DNA of 64,000 nucleotides. Source: a virus. Lineage: Duplodnaviria > Caudoviricetes. The notes beneath the pieces were generated by a model. The model did no database searches and was not told the origin of the DNA. It saw nothing but the letters and a program-made list of their open reading frames with translations. Shown piece by piece: positions 45,886 to 56,617 of this stretch. The stretch's first letter is position 1; each line of letters begins with the position of its first letter. A program made the position numbers and the translations under genes. The stretch is taken from positions 1 through 64,000 of the IMG/VR virus record IMGVR_UViG_2524614578_000001; one strand, 5' to 3'.

Positions 45886-48800
45886 ATGTCGTTCCTCGTC
45901 GCCGAGGGCCACGTCCAGGTCGACGCACGCACCGGCGACGCGGTACGGGAGATCGACAAACTGGTCGCCGCGATGGGCAAGCTGAGCCCCGCGTCCGCCG
46001 CCGCCTCCAACGGCATGAAGGACTTGGCGACCCGGGCCACCGCTGGCGGTGTCGCACTCGGCAAGATGGCGAAGCAAGCCATCGACGCCGAGAAGGCGCT
46101 GGTGCGGCTGCGTGCTTCGGCCGGGGACATCCGAGTGCAGGCGCAGCTCGATGACCAGATCGCCCCCGGGGCGGCTGCGATCAAAGCAGCACTGCGGGAC
46201 CTGAAGAACGAAAGCCCCGTACGGTTGCGCGCCGAGTTCGACGGCGACGCCACCCAGATCGCCGCCTCCGCTCAAGCCATGCGCGACCTGCGGGGCGACG
46301 CCCGCGGTGCCGGCACCTCTCTCAACTCGCTCACCGCCCGCGCTGCCGCGGCAGCAGCAGCCCTGTCGGAGCTGGCGGACGAGGCGAACGACGCAGACCG
46401 TGCGCTGGGGCGGCTGCGCAACTCGGCCGCCGAGACGGCCGCTGCGCTCACCGCGCTGCGTGCCGCATCCACCAGCGCCAGCAACTCGATGCGCACCTTG
46501 TCGGGGCGGACCGACTCCACCGGCGGCCGGATGGACAACCTGGGCGACCGGTCCCGGGCTCTGCGCACCGACATCGACGAACTGGGCGGAGCCCTCGGCA
46601 GGTCCGGTGACGCCCTCCTGCGGATCCGAGGCAGCTTCGGCAGCGCGGGAGCCGGGGCAGCAGGAGCCAGCCGCAACATGGGCGTGCTGATGCGGGGGGC
46701 GCTGCTGCTGGCGCCCGCGCTCATTCCGATCGCGGCGTCGGCTACGGCCGTTGCGCTCTCGGCTGCTGCGGCTGCCGGCGGTGTGGCCGCGTTCGGCGCC
46801 GCAGTGATCCCGCAGATCCAGCAGTTGGCGAAGGCCGCCGAGGCAGAGACGAAGTACAAGGAAGCCCTGGAGGAGCACGGCCGCGGCAGCAAGCAGGCTG
46901 CGGAGGCGTCGGCCGAGCAGCAGCGGGTGCTGCGGACGTTGCCGCCGGAGACGCAGAAGGCGGCAGCCGCGTTCTCGGTGTTGCGGGACGAGTACAAGTC
47001 CTGGTCGAACTCGTTGTCCGGGGACACCATGCCGGTGCTCACGCACGGCATGGGCCTGATTCAGGCGATGCTGCCGAAGATGACGCCGCTGGTGCGGGGT
47101 ACGGCGAATGAGCTGGATCGCATGTTCACGATCCTCGCGGGGGCCAGTCAGACGCCCGGCTTCGACGCGATGATCGCGAAGTTCACGACGTTCTCGACGG
47201 GTGCATTGCGGTCGGCGACGACGCAGATGGTGGCGTTCGCGACGTCGATGAACACCGGCGAGTTCGGCGGCAACTTCCGCGAGTTCATGGACTACGCCCG
47301 CACCAACGGGCCGCTGGTCGCCGAGTCGCTCGGGAACCTGGCCGGGGCCACTGTGCATCTGCTGGCGTCGATGGCAGACGTAGGTGTGTCGGCCCTGACG
47401 GTGGCCAACGCCCTCGCCCAACTGATCAACGCCGTACCCACTGGGGCGATCACCACGTTCGTGCAGTTGTACGCCGCGATGAAGCTGATCCAGATGGGCG
47501 CGGCCGGGATCGCCGCCGTCACCGGCTCGGCTGCGGTCGCGAACCTGACGGCGTTCATCCGCGCCGCTCGCTTCGGCGGCGTCGCTACCGCTGCTTCCGG
47601 TGTCATCGCTGGCATGTCGACCCTGTCGAAGGGGGTCGGTATCGCGACGGCGGCCTTCGCTGCCTTCTATGCGGGTCAGAAGATCGGCGAGGCGTTCTGG
47701 CGGCAGACGCCGTACAGCACTGAGCAGATGAGCCGCGCCTTCACGAACCTGTCGAGGACGGGCCGCCTGGCAGGCATCGACATGGACCGCATGGCCGGCA
47801 GCTTCAAGCGTGTCCAAGAAGCGTCGATCATGGACACGATCTACGACTACGGCACCTTCCACTCGAACCAGGAGTGGAAGAAGGCCAGCGGCGACCTGGA
47901 GGCGTTCGACCAGCAGTTGGGGAGCCTCGTTAAGTCCGGCAATGCGTCCCTCGCGAAAGAGGGCTTCGACCGCATGGCCGCGACGATGATGAAGCAGGGC
48001 AAGTCGCTGGCCGAGGTGAAGGCCGCGTTCCCCGGCTACCGGGAGGCGCTGGCCGCGGCGAAGATGGAGCAGCAGCTCGCCGCCGCCGGAATGGGCCTGT
48101 TCGGGCAGCAGGCCATCGCGGCGAAGCAGAAGCTGGACGCACAGAAGGCATCGGCGGACGGCCTGCGCCAGTCCCTCCAAGCACTCAACGATGTGCAGCG
48201 CGCCGGCCTCGGCGGCATGATCGGCTTCGAGCAGGCCATCGACGCCGCCGCGAAGGCCGCGAAGGAGAACGCCGGCGCCCTGTCGATGACGCACGGCGAG
48301 CTGAACCTCAACTCGGAGAAGGCCCGCAACGCGGCCTCCGCACTCCAGGATCTCGCTTCGAAGACGGACGAGGCCACGGCCAGCGCCCGCGAGTCCGGGG
48401 CCAGTTGGCAGCGCATCTCCGGCATCTATAGCCGCGGCCGGGCGTCGTTCGTGCAGGCGGCGCAGGCAATGGGCCTGACCAAGTCCGAGGCGAATCAGCT
48501 CGCCGACCAGTTGCTGAAGATCCCGGAGAAGAAGTCGACGAAGATCGCCATGGAGACGGAGGACGCCACCCGCGGCCTGGCCTCCGTCATCTCGGCGATC
48601 AACAAGACGCCGGACTCCAAGTCCGTCACGGTCAAGGCACTGTCCGACGGTGCTGTTCTTGCACTGCAAGACCTCGGCTTCAAGGTCAAGCGGCTGCCCA
48701 ACGGTTCGTTCAAGGTGACCGCCCAGACCGGCGACGTCGGCTCGAAGCTCGACGCCGTGAAGCGGCTCCGCGACGGCCTCAAGGACAAGACAGTCACGAT

Positions 48801-50586
48801 CTCCGCGAAGGCCGCGGCGGCGATAGCCGGCCTTGACGGTGTCATCGCGAAGATGAAGGCCACTCCGGGCAGCAAGACGGTCACGGTCAAGACGCTGTCC
48901 GGGTCGGCGATCGCGGCGCTGGAATCCGTCGGCTTCAAGGTGAAGCGGCTCCCGGACGGACGCATCTCCGTCACGGCGAACACCGGTTCGGCGCGGGCCA
49001 ACATCGGTGCCGTGCAGGCCGCCCGCGACCGGCTGTCCAACAAGTCCATCACGATCACTACGAACCGGGTCACCAACGTCGTGACCAACTATGTGACCAG
49101 CCGGAAGGCCAGCAAGGGTGCCACGTTCGGACGGAACGGCTCCTACTGGGCGCGGGGCGGCCACCTCCCCGGCTTCGCCGACGGGGGCTCGACGTCGCTC
49201 GTCCAGGACGTGCAGATGTTCCCGCAGGGCGGCTTCGTCTCCGGACCCGGCACCGGCACGAGCGACAGCATTCCTGCGATCTCCATGGCCGGGATGCCGT
49301 ATCGCATCTCCAACACCGAGTACGTCATCCGCGCCGACTCGGTGAGCAAGTACGGCGTGCCGATGCTCGATGCCATCAACGAGGGCCGGTTCGTCATCCC
49401 CGGCTTCGCCGATGGCGGCATGCCCGGCTACAAGAAGGGCGGCCTCACCGCCAAGCAGAAGGCGGCCATCGCAGCGGAGAAGCAGCGGCAGAAGGAAGGC
49501 AAGTCGGCTCTCACCTCCGACACGACGTTCACCGCCGCGGGCAAGCTGGCGGGCTACAAGTACACCGAGACGATCCACGACTTGGGCATGTCGGACTCGA
49601 CGGCTTCGCTGGTCACCTCGGTCAACACCTACTTGAACAACATCAAGAAGGCGTTCACGGGGAAGACCGAAACGACGCTGGTCAAGCAGCTCACGTCGTC
49701 GGCTGCCACGCTGTTCGCGCACCAGAAGAACCTGGAGTCCGTCAACAAGCAGTTGGAGGACGCGAAGCAGTCCCTCGCCGACGTGAAGGGCGAGTTCGAC
49801 AACCTCCGCAACAGCGTCAAGAACAGCCTGATCGGCTTCGCGAACATCACCAAGGTCGGCAAGTGGGGCACCAACCCGCAGGTGCTCATCGACCAGCTTC
49901 GGCAGGACACCACCCGCACCACCCAGTTCGCTTCTCAGCTCGACCAGCTCAAGGCCCGCGGCCTCAACTCCACGATCCTTCAGGACATCGCCGAGGCAGG
50001 TATCGCCGGCGGCGGGGCGGCGACTGCCACATCTCTGCTGGCCGCATCCCCAGCACAGATCGCGGAGATCAACCGGTTGCAGGCGCAGCTCACTACCGCC
50101 GCGGATGCCGCGGGCAAGACCACCGCAACTGCCATGTTCGGCGCCGGCGTCCAGGCCGCGGAGGGCCTGGTGGCCGGGTTGACGGCGAAGCAGTCGCAGA
50201 TCGAGACGGCCATGATGAACATCGCCAAGGCGATGGAGAAGTCCATCAAGAAGGCCCTCGGCATCAAGTCGCCGTCCACAGTGATGGAGCAGGTTGGCGA
50301 CTTCGCTCAGCAGGGCTTGGCGAAGGGCTGGACGAAGCCGTCCACCCCGGCCAGTTCGCTCATCACCTCGCCCACGTCGAGCGCGTTGCGGGTGCAGGTC
50401 ACCGCCCCTGCCGCAGCGTCGGCGCCGGCCGCGTCGGGTGGGGCGTGCATCAACGTGCAGAACCTGAACGTCAACGTGCGCGGCACCTACGACTTCGCCT
50501 CCCCGGCCGAGCGGCGCGCCGTCGCCAAGGCCCTGGTGAAGGACATCAACGAGGAACTGCGCGCCTACCAGCGGCAGCGGGGGTGA
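45886..50586 (+). CDS. Tape measure protein
   Basis: 1566 aa, Ala-rich helical; GPGTGTSDSI, EYVIRA, LGIKSPS. Confidence 0.93.
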   Translation: MSFLVAEGHVQVDARTGDAVREIDKLVAAMGKLSPASAAASNGMKDLATRATAGGVALGKMAKQAIDAEKALVRLRASAGDIRVQAQLDDQIAPGAAAIKAALRDLKNESPVRLRAEFDGDATQIAASAQAMRDLRGDARGAGTSLNSLTARAAAAAAALSELADEANDADRALGRLRNSAAETAAALTALRAASTSASNSMRTLSGRTDSTGGRMDNLGDRSRALRTDIDELGGALGRSGDALLRIRGSFGSAGAGAAGASRNMGVLMRGALLLAPALIPIAASATAVALSAAAAAGGVAAFGAAVIPQIQQLAKAAEAETKYKEALEEHGRGSKQAAEASAEQQRVLRTLPPETQKAAAAFSVLRDEYKSWSNSLSGDTMPVLTHGMGLIQAMLPKMTPLVRGTANELDRMFTILAGASQTPGFDAMIAKFTTFSTGALRSATTQMVAFATSMNTGEFGGNFREFMDYARTNGPLVAESLGNLAGATVHLLASMADVGVSALTVANALAQLINAVPTGAITTFVQLYAAMKLIQMGAAGIAAVTGSAAVANLTAFIRAARFGGVATAASGVIAGMSTLSKGVGIATAAFAAFYAGQKIGEAFWRQTPYSTEQMSRAFTNLSRTGRLAGIDMDRMAGSFKRVQEASIMDTIYDYGTFHSNQEWKKASGDLEAFDQQLGSLVKSGNASLAKEGFDRMAATMMKQGKSLAEVKAAFPGYREALAAAKMEQQLAAAGMGLFGQQAIAAKQKLDAQKASADGLRQSLQALNDVQRAGLGGMIGFEQAIDAAAKAAKENAGALSMTHGELNLNSEKARNAASALQDLASKTDEATASARESGASWQRISGIYSRGRASFVQAAQAMGLTKSEANQLADQLLKIPEKKSTKIAMETEDATRGLASVISAINKTPDSKSVTVKALSDGAVLALQDLGFKVKRLPNGSFKVTAQTGDVGSKLDAVKRLRDGLKDKTVTISAKAAAAIAGLDGVIAKMKATPGSKTVTVKTLSGSAIAALESVGFKVKRLPDGRISVTANTGSARANIGAVQAARDRLSNKSITITTNRVTNVVTNYVTSRKASKGATFGRNGSYWARGGHLPGFADGGSTSLVQDVQMFPQGGFVSGPGTGTSDSIPAISMAGMPYRISNTEYVIRADSVSKYGVPMLDAINEGRFVIPGFADGGMPGYKKGGLTAKQKAAIAAEKQRQKEGKSALTSDTTFTAAGKLAGYKYTETIHDLGMSDSTASLVTSVNTYLNNIKKAFTGKTETTLVKQLTSSAATLFAHQKNLESVNKQLEDAKQSLADVKGEFDNLRNSVKNSLIGFANITKVGKWGTNPQVLIDQLRQDTTRTTQFASQLDQLKARGLNSTILQDIAEAGIAGGGAATATSLLAASPAQIAEINRLQAQLTTAADAAGKTTATAMFGAGVQAAEGLVAGLTAKQSQIETAMMNIAKAMEKSIKKALGIKSPSTVMEQVGDFAQQGLAKGWTKPSTPASSLITSPTSSALRVQVTAPAAASAPAASGGACINVQNLNVNVRGTYDFASPAERRAVAKALVKDINEELRAYQRQRG

Positions 50587-50592
50587 CGGGCG

Positions 50593-51801
50593 ATGCCACA
50601 GGGAAACTACGGCGACCTCATGGTGGGCCGGCTGCTGCTCCGGGAAACGTTCAAAGCGGCTGAGGCATCGGGGGAGACGTCCCGCGGCCTGGATGTCGAG
50701 GGGCAGGAGTCCTCGCCGCCACGAACCCGCGACGAGGTGGTGTGGCGGCACGACAACCTCCTCGCACTGGACCGGGCGGCCGTGCAGCCGGTGACGTTCA
50801 CGGACAAGCCCGAACGGAACTGCTACGCGCGGGTGTCGACGGCGACGGCGGACTACACCGAGTGGCGCGGCGACGTCGTCACGTCCGACTGGAAACTCGG
50901 CCTCGACAGGCTCGGCTCCGAGACCGAGTCGGACCTTCAGTCCCGCCTGACCGGTGTCGCCCGCGTCAACAACTTCTCCCTGCCGGGGGAGCGGTGGCAT
51001 GCGCCGCCGATCGGCCACTACGGCTACTACACCGGCTCGTCCAATCCGACCGTCATGACGCGCACGGGCGCGGAGGGCGCGATGACGGTGTACCGCGGCG
51101 TCCCGGCAGGGACGTTCCCGCGGTGGGGCTGCGCGCCGGCGGACTACCTGCGCGGCCGGGTGCGGCTCACCTCGGGCGGCTTCGAGCTGTGCGGAACGGA
51201 ACAGCGGCTCCCCGCGACTGGGTGGGCACTGTCGAACGGCCTCGTCAACGTCACCACCTCGGCCAGCGCGTCGCTGGATGTGCAGGCGTACACGGGCGGC
51301 GGGTGGCGGTCGAAGCTGTGGAACGTCTCGGTCGCGGGCTCAGGGTCGTCGATTCCGGCGTGGGACGGGGCGACGTTGCTGCGGAACGATCCGGAGCATG
51401 TCGTGCTGCGCCTCACCCGCTCCATGGGGCCCGGCCGGGCGACGCTCGACTTGGCGCTGCGCCGCGGCTCCCGAGTGGTGGAGGGCTACCTACAGGCCAG
51501 CGGCGCTAACACGCTGGTCGCCTACCGGCAGGCGTCGGAGACCAACACCTCCGCGGCGGCGTCCGGTTACGTGAGCGCCACGAGCAACGACGTGGACGGC
51601 AACCGGTTCGTGTGCGGCTCAGCCAAGACGTTCACCGCACACAGCAACGGCGGCGTACAGAAGGCCGCCACGACAAGCCTGGACTTCTGGATCGGCGTCG
51701 CCGTAGGCGGCTCCTCCGCCGTCGCAGGCGATACCGCACTCGATCTGCGCAACCAGTACATCGGCACCCTGCCGGAGACGACCTACTGTGTGAGGCGGTG
51801 A
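50593..51801 (+). CDS. Minor tail protein (distal tail position)
   Basis: Follows the tape measure gene. Confidence 0.7.
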   Translation: MPQGNYGDLMVGRLLLRETFKAAEASGETSRGLDVEGQESSPPRTRDEVVWRHDNLLALDRAAVQPVTFTDKPERNCYARVSTATADYTEWRGDVVTSDWKLGLDRLGSETESDLQSRLTGVARVNNFSLPGERWHAPPIGHYGYYTGSSNPTVMTRTGAEGAMTVYRGVPAGTFPRWGCAPADYLRGRVRLTSGGFELCGTEQRLPATGWALSNGLVNVTTSASASLDVQAYTGGGWRSKLWNVSVAGSGSSIPAWDGATLLRNDPEHVVLRLTRSMGPGRATLDLALRRGSRVVEGYLQASGANTLVAYRQASETNTSAAASGYVSATSNDVDGNRFVCGSAKTFTAHSNGGVQKAATTSLDFWIGVAVGGSSAVAGDTALDLRNQYIGTLPETTYCVRR

Positions 51802-51805
51802 CCGG

Positions 51806-54718
51806 GTGGCCATCACCGAAGTCCTCGCCTCCTACGGCAGTTGGGACCTGCGGCTCAAGCCGACCACGCCGACGGACCTGTGGGATCGGGTCGCCTACTT
51901 CGGGCACGTTGCTGTGGTGCCCGGACGTGTGGATCCGGTGCAGTACGGCGACAACTTGCTGACCGCTGCCGCCTACGTCGGTGTCATCCGGAAACGGGAA
52001 ACCACAGGTGACGACCGCCGCACGAAGGTGGTGGAGCAGGGCTACACCATGGGCGGCGTCGGCATGGAGGTGTGGCTCGGAGACGAGGACGACAAGGGCG
52101 CCATCTTCGAGACCGCCGTCGACCTCACCAACGCCACGTTCTCGAACGCCGTGCGGGCGCTGCTGCCCGCCTCTGGCGCGGTCACCGAGGGAACGCTGTA
52201 CAGCGTGCCGGGCAACCCGACGTACGGCGGCAGGCACCAGTACGAGACGCCGCGCAAGGCCATCTCGTACGTGTGCGACACCGTCGGGGCGAGCGCGGGT
52301 GTGCGGCTGTCCCATCGCGTCAACGGCGACGGCACGCTCGACGCAGGCCCGGAAGAGGATCTGTACGTCACCGATCCGAAGTGCGTCATCTCCCGCATCC
52401 CCGCGGGTGTGGACGCGGGCGTGGAGTCCATCCCGGGCGGCTTCGCGGTGGCCCGGGACTCCGAGGACTACAGCACGCGGGTGGTGCTCCTCGCCGAGGG
52501 CGACGGCGAGTCCATCGCCACCGCCGTGGCGGACATCGACCCCGGGCTGAACCCGTACAAGGACATCCACGGCAACGCCCTGAAGATGACGCGCATGGTG
52601 TCCGAGTCGGACACGACCGTGGAGAACGCCGACGCCCGCGCCGAGCTGGCGTTGGGCCAGTACACGACGACTCAGAACGAGTTGAAGGTCGAGACCGACA
52701 ACTACTACATCGAGGGCTCGTTCAAGCCGGGTGACTACGTGTGGGCGTACGACCCGGACTCCGGCATCGTCGACACCAACAACGAACTGATCTTCCGCGG
52801 CGAGCGCATCAACCCGATGAGGCTCCAGGTCACGGAGAAGCAGTGGCCTGTCACTGCCGACTACACGGTGGCGTACCGGGCGCCGGACGGCACGTGGTGG
52901 GACCTGACGGACTACACGGAGTGGGACGGCTCCGTCACCGTCTACGCCACCATCGGCGACTTCGCCCGGTCCCTGACGACGGCGAGCGCGCAGCCGGTCG
53001 GAACCCGTCCGTCGACTGACACGAGCACGCCCGGCATCCCTACACTCACCGAACCGTTCGTCGGCTCGGCGTACCTGGACGCCCGCGGATTCACCCGCGC
53101 CCGGGTGGTGATCTCGTGGCAGGCGCCCAACAACACCGACGGCTCCACGGTCCTCGACGGCGACCACTACGAGATCCGGTGGGGCATCGACACCGACATG
53201 ATCTACCCCGCCACCTGGTCGCAGGTGTCGCAGGTGCGGTGGATGGACTTGCAGACGTGGGCACAGCCGTTCGCCGCACCCGATGGCGACTGGCAGACCA
53301 TGTTCGTGGCGTGGGGCGAGTCGACGGCGCAGCTCAACGACCTGTCGCCGGGCGTGGGTTACGACGTGCAGATCCGCGCGGTGGACAGGGCGGGCAACTA
53401 CGGGGCGTGGGGCCCGGTCACGACGTTTGTCGCGTCCGAGGACAACATCCCGCCGTCCACGCCAGCCCCGCCGGCCGTGGCCGCCAGCAGGATCGCAGTG
53501 CAGGTCACGCACGAGTTGGGTAAGGCGTCCGGCGGCACGTACAACCTGGAGCGGGACCTGCACCATCTCGAAGTGCATGTCGACTACGAGCCGTACTTCA
53601 CCCCGTCCGAGGCCACGCTGAAGGCCAAGGTGTCGGCGACGGCCGGGATGATCCAAGGGCAGATTCCCGTCGTCGCCACCGTGCAGATCGAGGAGACCAG
53701 CGAGCGGTACGTCCGCGTCATCGCCGTGGACCAGACCGGCAACAAGTCCGGCCCCTCCGATGCGGCCAGCGCCACCGCCCTGCTGATCGATGACGCGCAC
53801 ATCTCCGACCTGACCGTCTCCAAGGTCACGGCCGGCACCATCACCGCAAGCTGGGTGATGGCCGGCGAGATCAAGACCGGGGACTCCGGCGCCCGCGCCC
53901 GCATGTCCATGAACGGGTTCGAGCTGTACAACGCCGGGGGTACGAGGACGTTCCTCGCCGATGCCGCTACCGGCAACGTGTCCATCGTCGGGGAACTCAG
54001 CTCGGGCGTCAGCGGGCGGCGCCTCGTCGTCAACCCTGCCTCGACATTGGTGCCGCAGATCCGCTTCTACCCGACGACCGGTACTGACTACGCGCTGATC
54101 AGCTCCTACGACGGCCCCGACGTGCCCACCACCAACCCCACGGTCCAAGTCCGATCGGGCCTCGGAACCAACAACGACTACGGCCTGATGGTCAGCAGCG
54201 GAGACCGCACCTTCATCGGCCGCTACGTAACCGACGTCGATGGCGTGTACAAGCCACAGGGCGGCAACCTGTTCACGTCGAAGGACTACGCCAGCCTCAG
54301 CCACTTCGACTTCAACGGCACGAATGACTACGGCGGGGTCTTCTATGCCGATGCCACCTCAGCGATCGCGGGCGTACGACAGAACAACGCGGAAGCCGCA
54401 TACCTCGCCTTCACAACCAGCGACGGATCCATCCGCGCCATCGGCGAGATCGAAACCTCCACAGACCCACAAGCCGCGCTCATCATCGGCACCGTCAACG
54501 TGTCCGGCGGCCCCTACAGCACCGTCACCCGCACCTACGGCCCGACCTACACCGGCACCCCCCGCGTCATCCCCTACGTGTGGGACGGCGACGTCACCAC
54601 CACCACAGCCCGCGCACACATGCTGTCCGACAACAGCAGCACCGGCTTCCAGATGCAGTTCAGCGGCAGCACCACGGCGGGCTTCACCTTCTACTGGTGG
54701 GCTTGGAGGATCAACTAA
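51806..54718 (+). CDS. Tail hub/tip protein with FN3-like domains
   Basis: 970 aa; LSPGVGYDVQIRAVDRAGN and VIAVDQTGNKS FN3 patterns. Confidence 0.8.
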   Translation: MAITEVLASYGSWDLRLKPTTPTDLWDRVAYFGHVAVVPGRVDPVQYGDNLLTAAAYVGVIRKRETTGDDRRTKVVEQGYTMGGVGMEVWLGDEDDKGAIFETAVDLTNATFSNAVRALLPASGAVTEGTLYSVPGNPTYGGRHQYETPRKAISYVCDTVGASAGVRLSHRVNGDGTLDAGPEEDLYVTDPKCVISRIPAGVDAGVESIPGGFAVARDSEDYSTRVVLLAEGDGESIATAVADIDPGLNPYKDIHGNALKMTRMVSESDTTVENADARAELALGQYTTTQNELKVETDNYYIEGSFKPGDYVWAYDPDSGIVDTNNELIFRGERINPMRLQVTEKQWPVTADYTVAYRAPDGTWWDLTDYTEWDGSVTVYATIGDFARSLTTASAQPVGTRPSTDTSTPGIPTLTEPFVGSAYLDARGFTRARVVISWQAPNNTDGSTVLDGDHYEIRWGIDTDMIYPATWSQVSQVRWMDLQTWAQPFAAPDGDWQTMFVAWGESTAQLNDLSPGVGYDVQIRAVDRAGNYGAWGPVTTFVASEDNIPPSTPAPPAVAASRIAVQVTHELGKASGGTYNLERDLHHLEVHVDYEPYFTPSEATLKAKVSATAGMIQGQIPVVATVQIEETSERYVRVIAVDQTGNKSGPSDAASATALLIDDAHISDLTVSKVTAGTITASWVMAGEIKTGDSGARARMSMNGFELYNAGGTRTFLADAATGNVSIVGELSSGVSGRRLVVNPASTLVPQIRFYPTTGTDYALISSYDGPDVPTTNPTVQVRSGLGTNNDYGLMVSSGDRTFIGRYVTDVDGVYKPQGGNLFTSKDYASLSHFDFNGTNDYGGVFYADATSAIAGVRQNNAEAAYLAFTTSDGSIRAIGEIETSTDPQAALIIGTVNVSGGPYSTVTRTYGPTYTGTPRVIPYVWDGDVTTTTARAHMLSDNSSTGFQMQFSGSTTAGFTFYWWAWRIN

Positions 54719-55365
54719 TGTCCACACCCACGTCCGCCACGGAGTGGACGATCACCAACGTGCAAGTCGAGGAGACTCCCCAAGGCGCCGAGGTCCACCT
54801 CGTCAAGGAGGCCCCCGACGGGCAACGCGACTTCCACTCCTTCCCTCTGGAGACACTGGAGTGGAGGGCCGCCGAGTACGACATCGATCCGGCGGATACG
54901 GACGCGCTCATCGACATCATCGTCCACGAGCCGTTCCTGCCCGACGCAGGTGACCCGGCGAACGTGTACGGCGACGCCGCCGCGGCAGCCGGATTCGTGT
55001 CGCCAGCCGTCGAAGCGCGCCGTGGCGTTGCCCCCCTGGAGCTGATGCCGACGACGCTCATGTCCGCTGAGACGCCCGAACTCGCCCGCGGCGCACACCA
55101 GGCCCGCATCGCCAATGCCAAGGCCACACGCGCCCACGTGAAGCGTCCTCGGGGCAAGGGTCGCAAGGACCCGTGCAAGCCCCTCGTCGACGCCTGGAAG
55201 ACCTTCGTCGATGCCGGCGAGTTGGAGGCCAAGCGCTCGGCGGTCTCCCGCAAGCGTGCCCAACTGGCGGGTGCGGCAGCCGAACGTGTAGCACGAGGCG
55301 GAACAGGGGCTCGGCGGCGGGCACGCCGCGAGCCGACACCCATGCTGGAGGTCACCGATGCCTGA
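54718..55365 (+). CDS. Hypothetical tail-region protein
   Basis: TAATG coupling; GGAGG RBS. Confidence 0.65.
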   Translation: MSTPTSATEWTITNVQVEETPQGAEVHLVKEAPDGQRDFHSFPLETLEWRAAEYDIDPADTDALIDIIVHEPFLPDAGDPANVYGDAAAAAGFVSPAVEARRGVAPLELMPTTLMSAETPELARGAHQARIANAKATRAHVKRPRGKGRKDPCKPLVDAWKTFVDAGELEAKRSAVSRKRAQLAGAAAERVARGGTGARRRARREPTPMLEVTDA

Positions 55366-56149
55366 GACGCCCACATCCAGACTCGGGCTCTACCGGCCCA
55401 AGGACGACGGGTCAGAGCTGGTCAACGTTCAGACCGACCTCAACGGCAACTTCGTCAAGCTCGATGCAGCGGCCGGGTTCCAGATCGTCACCTCCACCAC
55501 CCGACCGTCAACGCCCTATGCGGGCAAGGCCATTGCAGAGTCGGACACCGGCCGCACCTACTTCCACAACGGCACGTCGCCCGCTTCCGCCGGATACGTC
55601 GAACTCCCCAACAGCAGCGGCACCTACGGCAGTCACCTCAAGTTGTCCACCGGCACCGAAGTCGCATGGGGCACCGACATCGCCCTCTATCGGGCCGGCA
55701 GCGGCGTCCTCGGTGTGGCTGGTGACATCGCGGTGAGCACCACGACGTGGACCGCCTACGCGCCGACGGTGTCCAACGCTGGTACGGCGACGTGGGCGCA
55801 GCGTCTCGGCTGGTACAAGAAGCTCGGGAAGATCGTGTTCCTGGAGCTGTACCTCGCCGCATCCGCCGCGGGCTCTGGCACGACGGGCCTGACGGTGTCG
55901 CTGCCATCCACCCCGTACCGCGACGGTGGCAGAGCGGGCACCACACAGCAGGCCATCCCTGCCCGCGCACAGGCCGTCGCGGCAGGCACCAACTCGTCAG
56001 TGTCCGGCGCAAGCTGCGGCGTCATCCTCCAAAGCGGCAGCGGCGCAGTCCTCGACCAACTGCGGGGACCCACTGACATCGTCATGCGCGGAGAACAAGT
56101 CGGCGCAGCAACGATCATCACTGTTCAAGGCTGGTATCGAGAAGCGTAA
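55358..56149 (+). CDS. Tail fibre/receptor-binding protein candidate
   Basis: TSRLGLYRP...DLNGNF.KLD anchor; WTAYAPT..., YKKLGKIVFL, SLP pattern. Confidence 0.7.
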   Translation: MPETPTSRLGLYRPKDDGSELVNVQTDLNGNFVKLDAAAGFQIVTSTTRPSTPYAGKAIAESDTGRTYFHNGTSPASAGYVELPNSSGTYGSHLKLSTGTEVAWGTDIALYRAGSGVLGVAGDIAVSTTTWTAYAPTVSNAGTATWAQRLGWYKKLGKIVFLELYLAASAAGSGTTGLTVSLPSTPYRDGGRAGTTQQAIPARAQAVAAGTNSSVSGASCGVILQSGSGAVLDQLRGPTDIVMRGEQVGAATIITVQGWYREA

Positions 56150-56160
56150 GGAGCCGCACC

Positions 56161-56364
56161 ATGGCCATGGAGTATCCGTACGTCCGCGTCGAGTCGATCG
56201 ACTCCTACGCCGGCCTCTCGTCGGCGGTCGAGTTCCGCATAGCCAAGGACGAGACCAACGTGTCCGAGGCGGCCCTTGTCGCCGCGGTAGCCCAGGTCGT
56301 GGAGGACAGCGGCCTGCCCCCGGCGACGGCGACACGGTTCAGCCTGGCTCAGGAGGTGCTGTGA
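56161..56364 (+). CDS. Small hypothetical protein, followed by a 23-aa hydrophobic ORF at 56364-56435
   Basis: AAGGAG RBS; TGATG coupling. Confidence 0.55.
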   Translation: MAMEYPYVRVESIDSYAGLSSAVEFRIAKDETNVSEAALVAAVAQVVEDSGLPPATATRFSLAQEVL

Positions 56365-56431
56365 TGTCGCTGTTCGAGGTGCTGGTCGTGATTGAGCTGG
56401 GTGTCATCGCGCTCGCGCACGTCTGGCGCCG

Positions 56432-56617
56432 CTAGCCCTCAGTGCCCGCCGCACCGGGCGCGTACGGCATCTCCTGTGCTCGCTCCGTGGCGGGCTCCTG
56501 CCCCCGCTCCAGTTCACGGACGCGCGCCCGAAGCATGGTGATCTCCCAGTCCTTTTCGCCGAGCCGCTCTCGGGCGACTTCGAGCGCGGTGTCCATGCTG
56601 ATCTGCTGCTGCATCAT
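56432..56617 (-). CDS. Small coiled-coil protein
   Basis: ATGA overlap with the GT2 gene stop. Confidence 0.6.
   Translation of the reverse strand: MMQQQISMDTALEVARERLGEKDWEITMLRARVRELERGQEPATERAQEMPYAPGAAGTEG

Noticed and set aside
48590-49030. Duplicated TPxSKxVTVK...GFKVKRLP segment
   Set aside because: Ordinary internal repeat of a tape measure protein.
45805-51018. 1737-aa minus-strand ORF
   Set aside because: Antisense shadow of the tape measure gene, expected in high-GC DNA; no motifs.
51806-56149. Diversity-generating retroelement or invertible tail-fibre cassette
   Set aside because: No reverse transcriptase, invertase or template/variable repeat pair seen.
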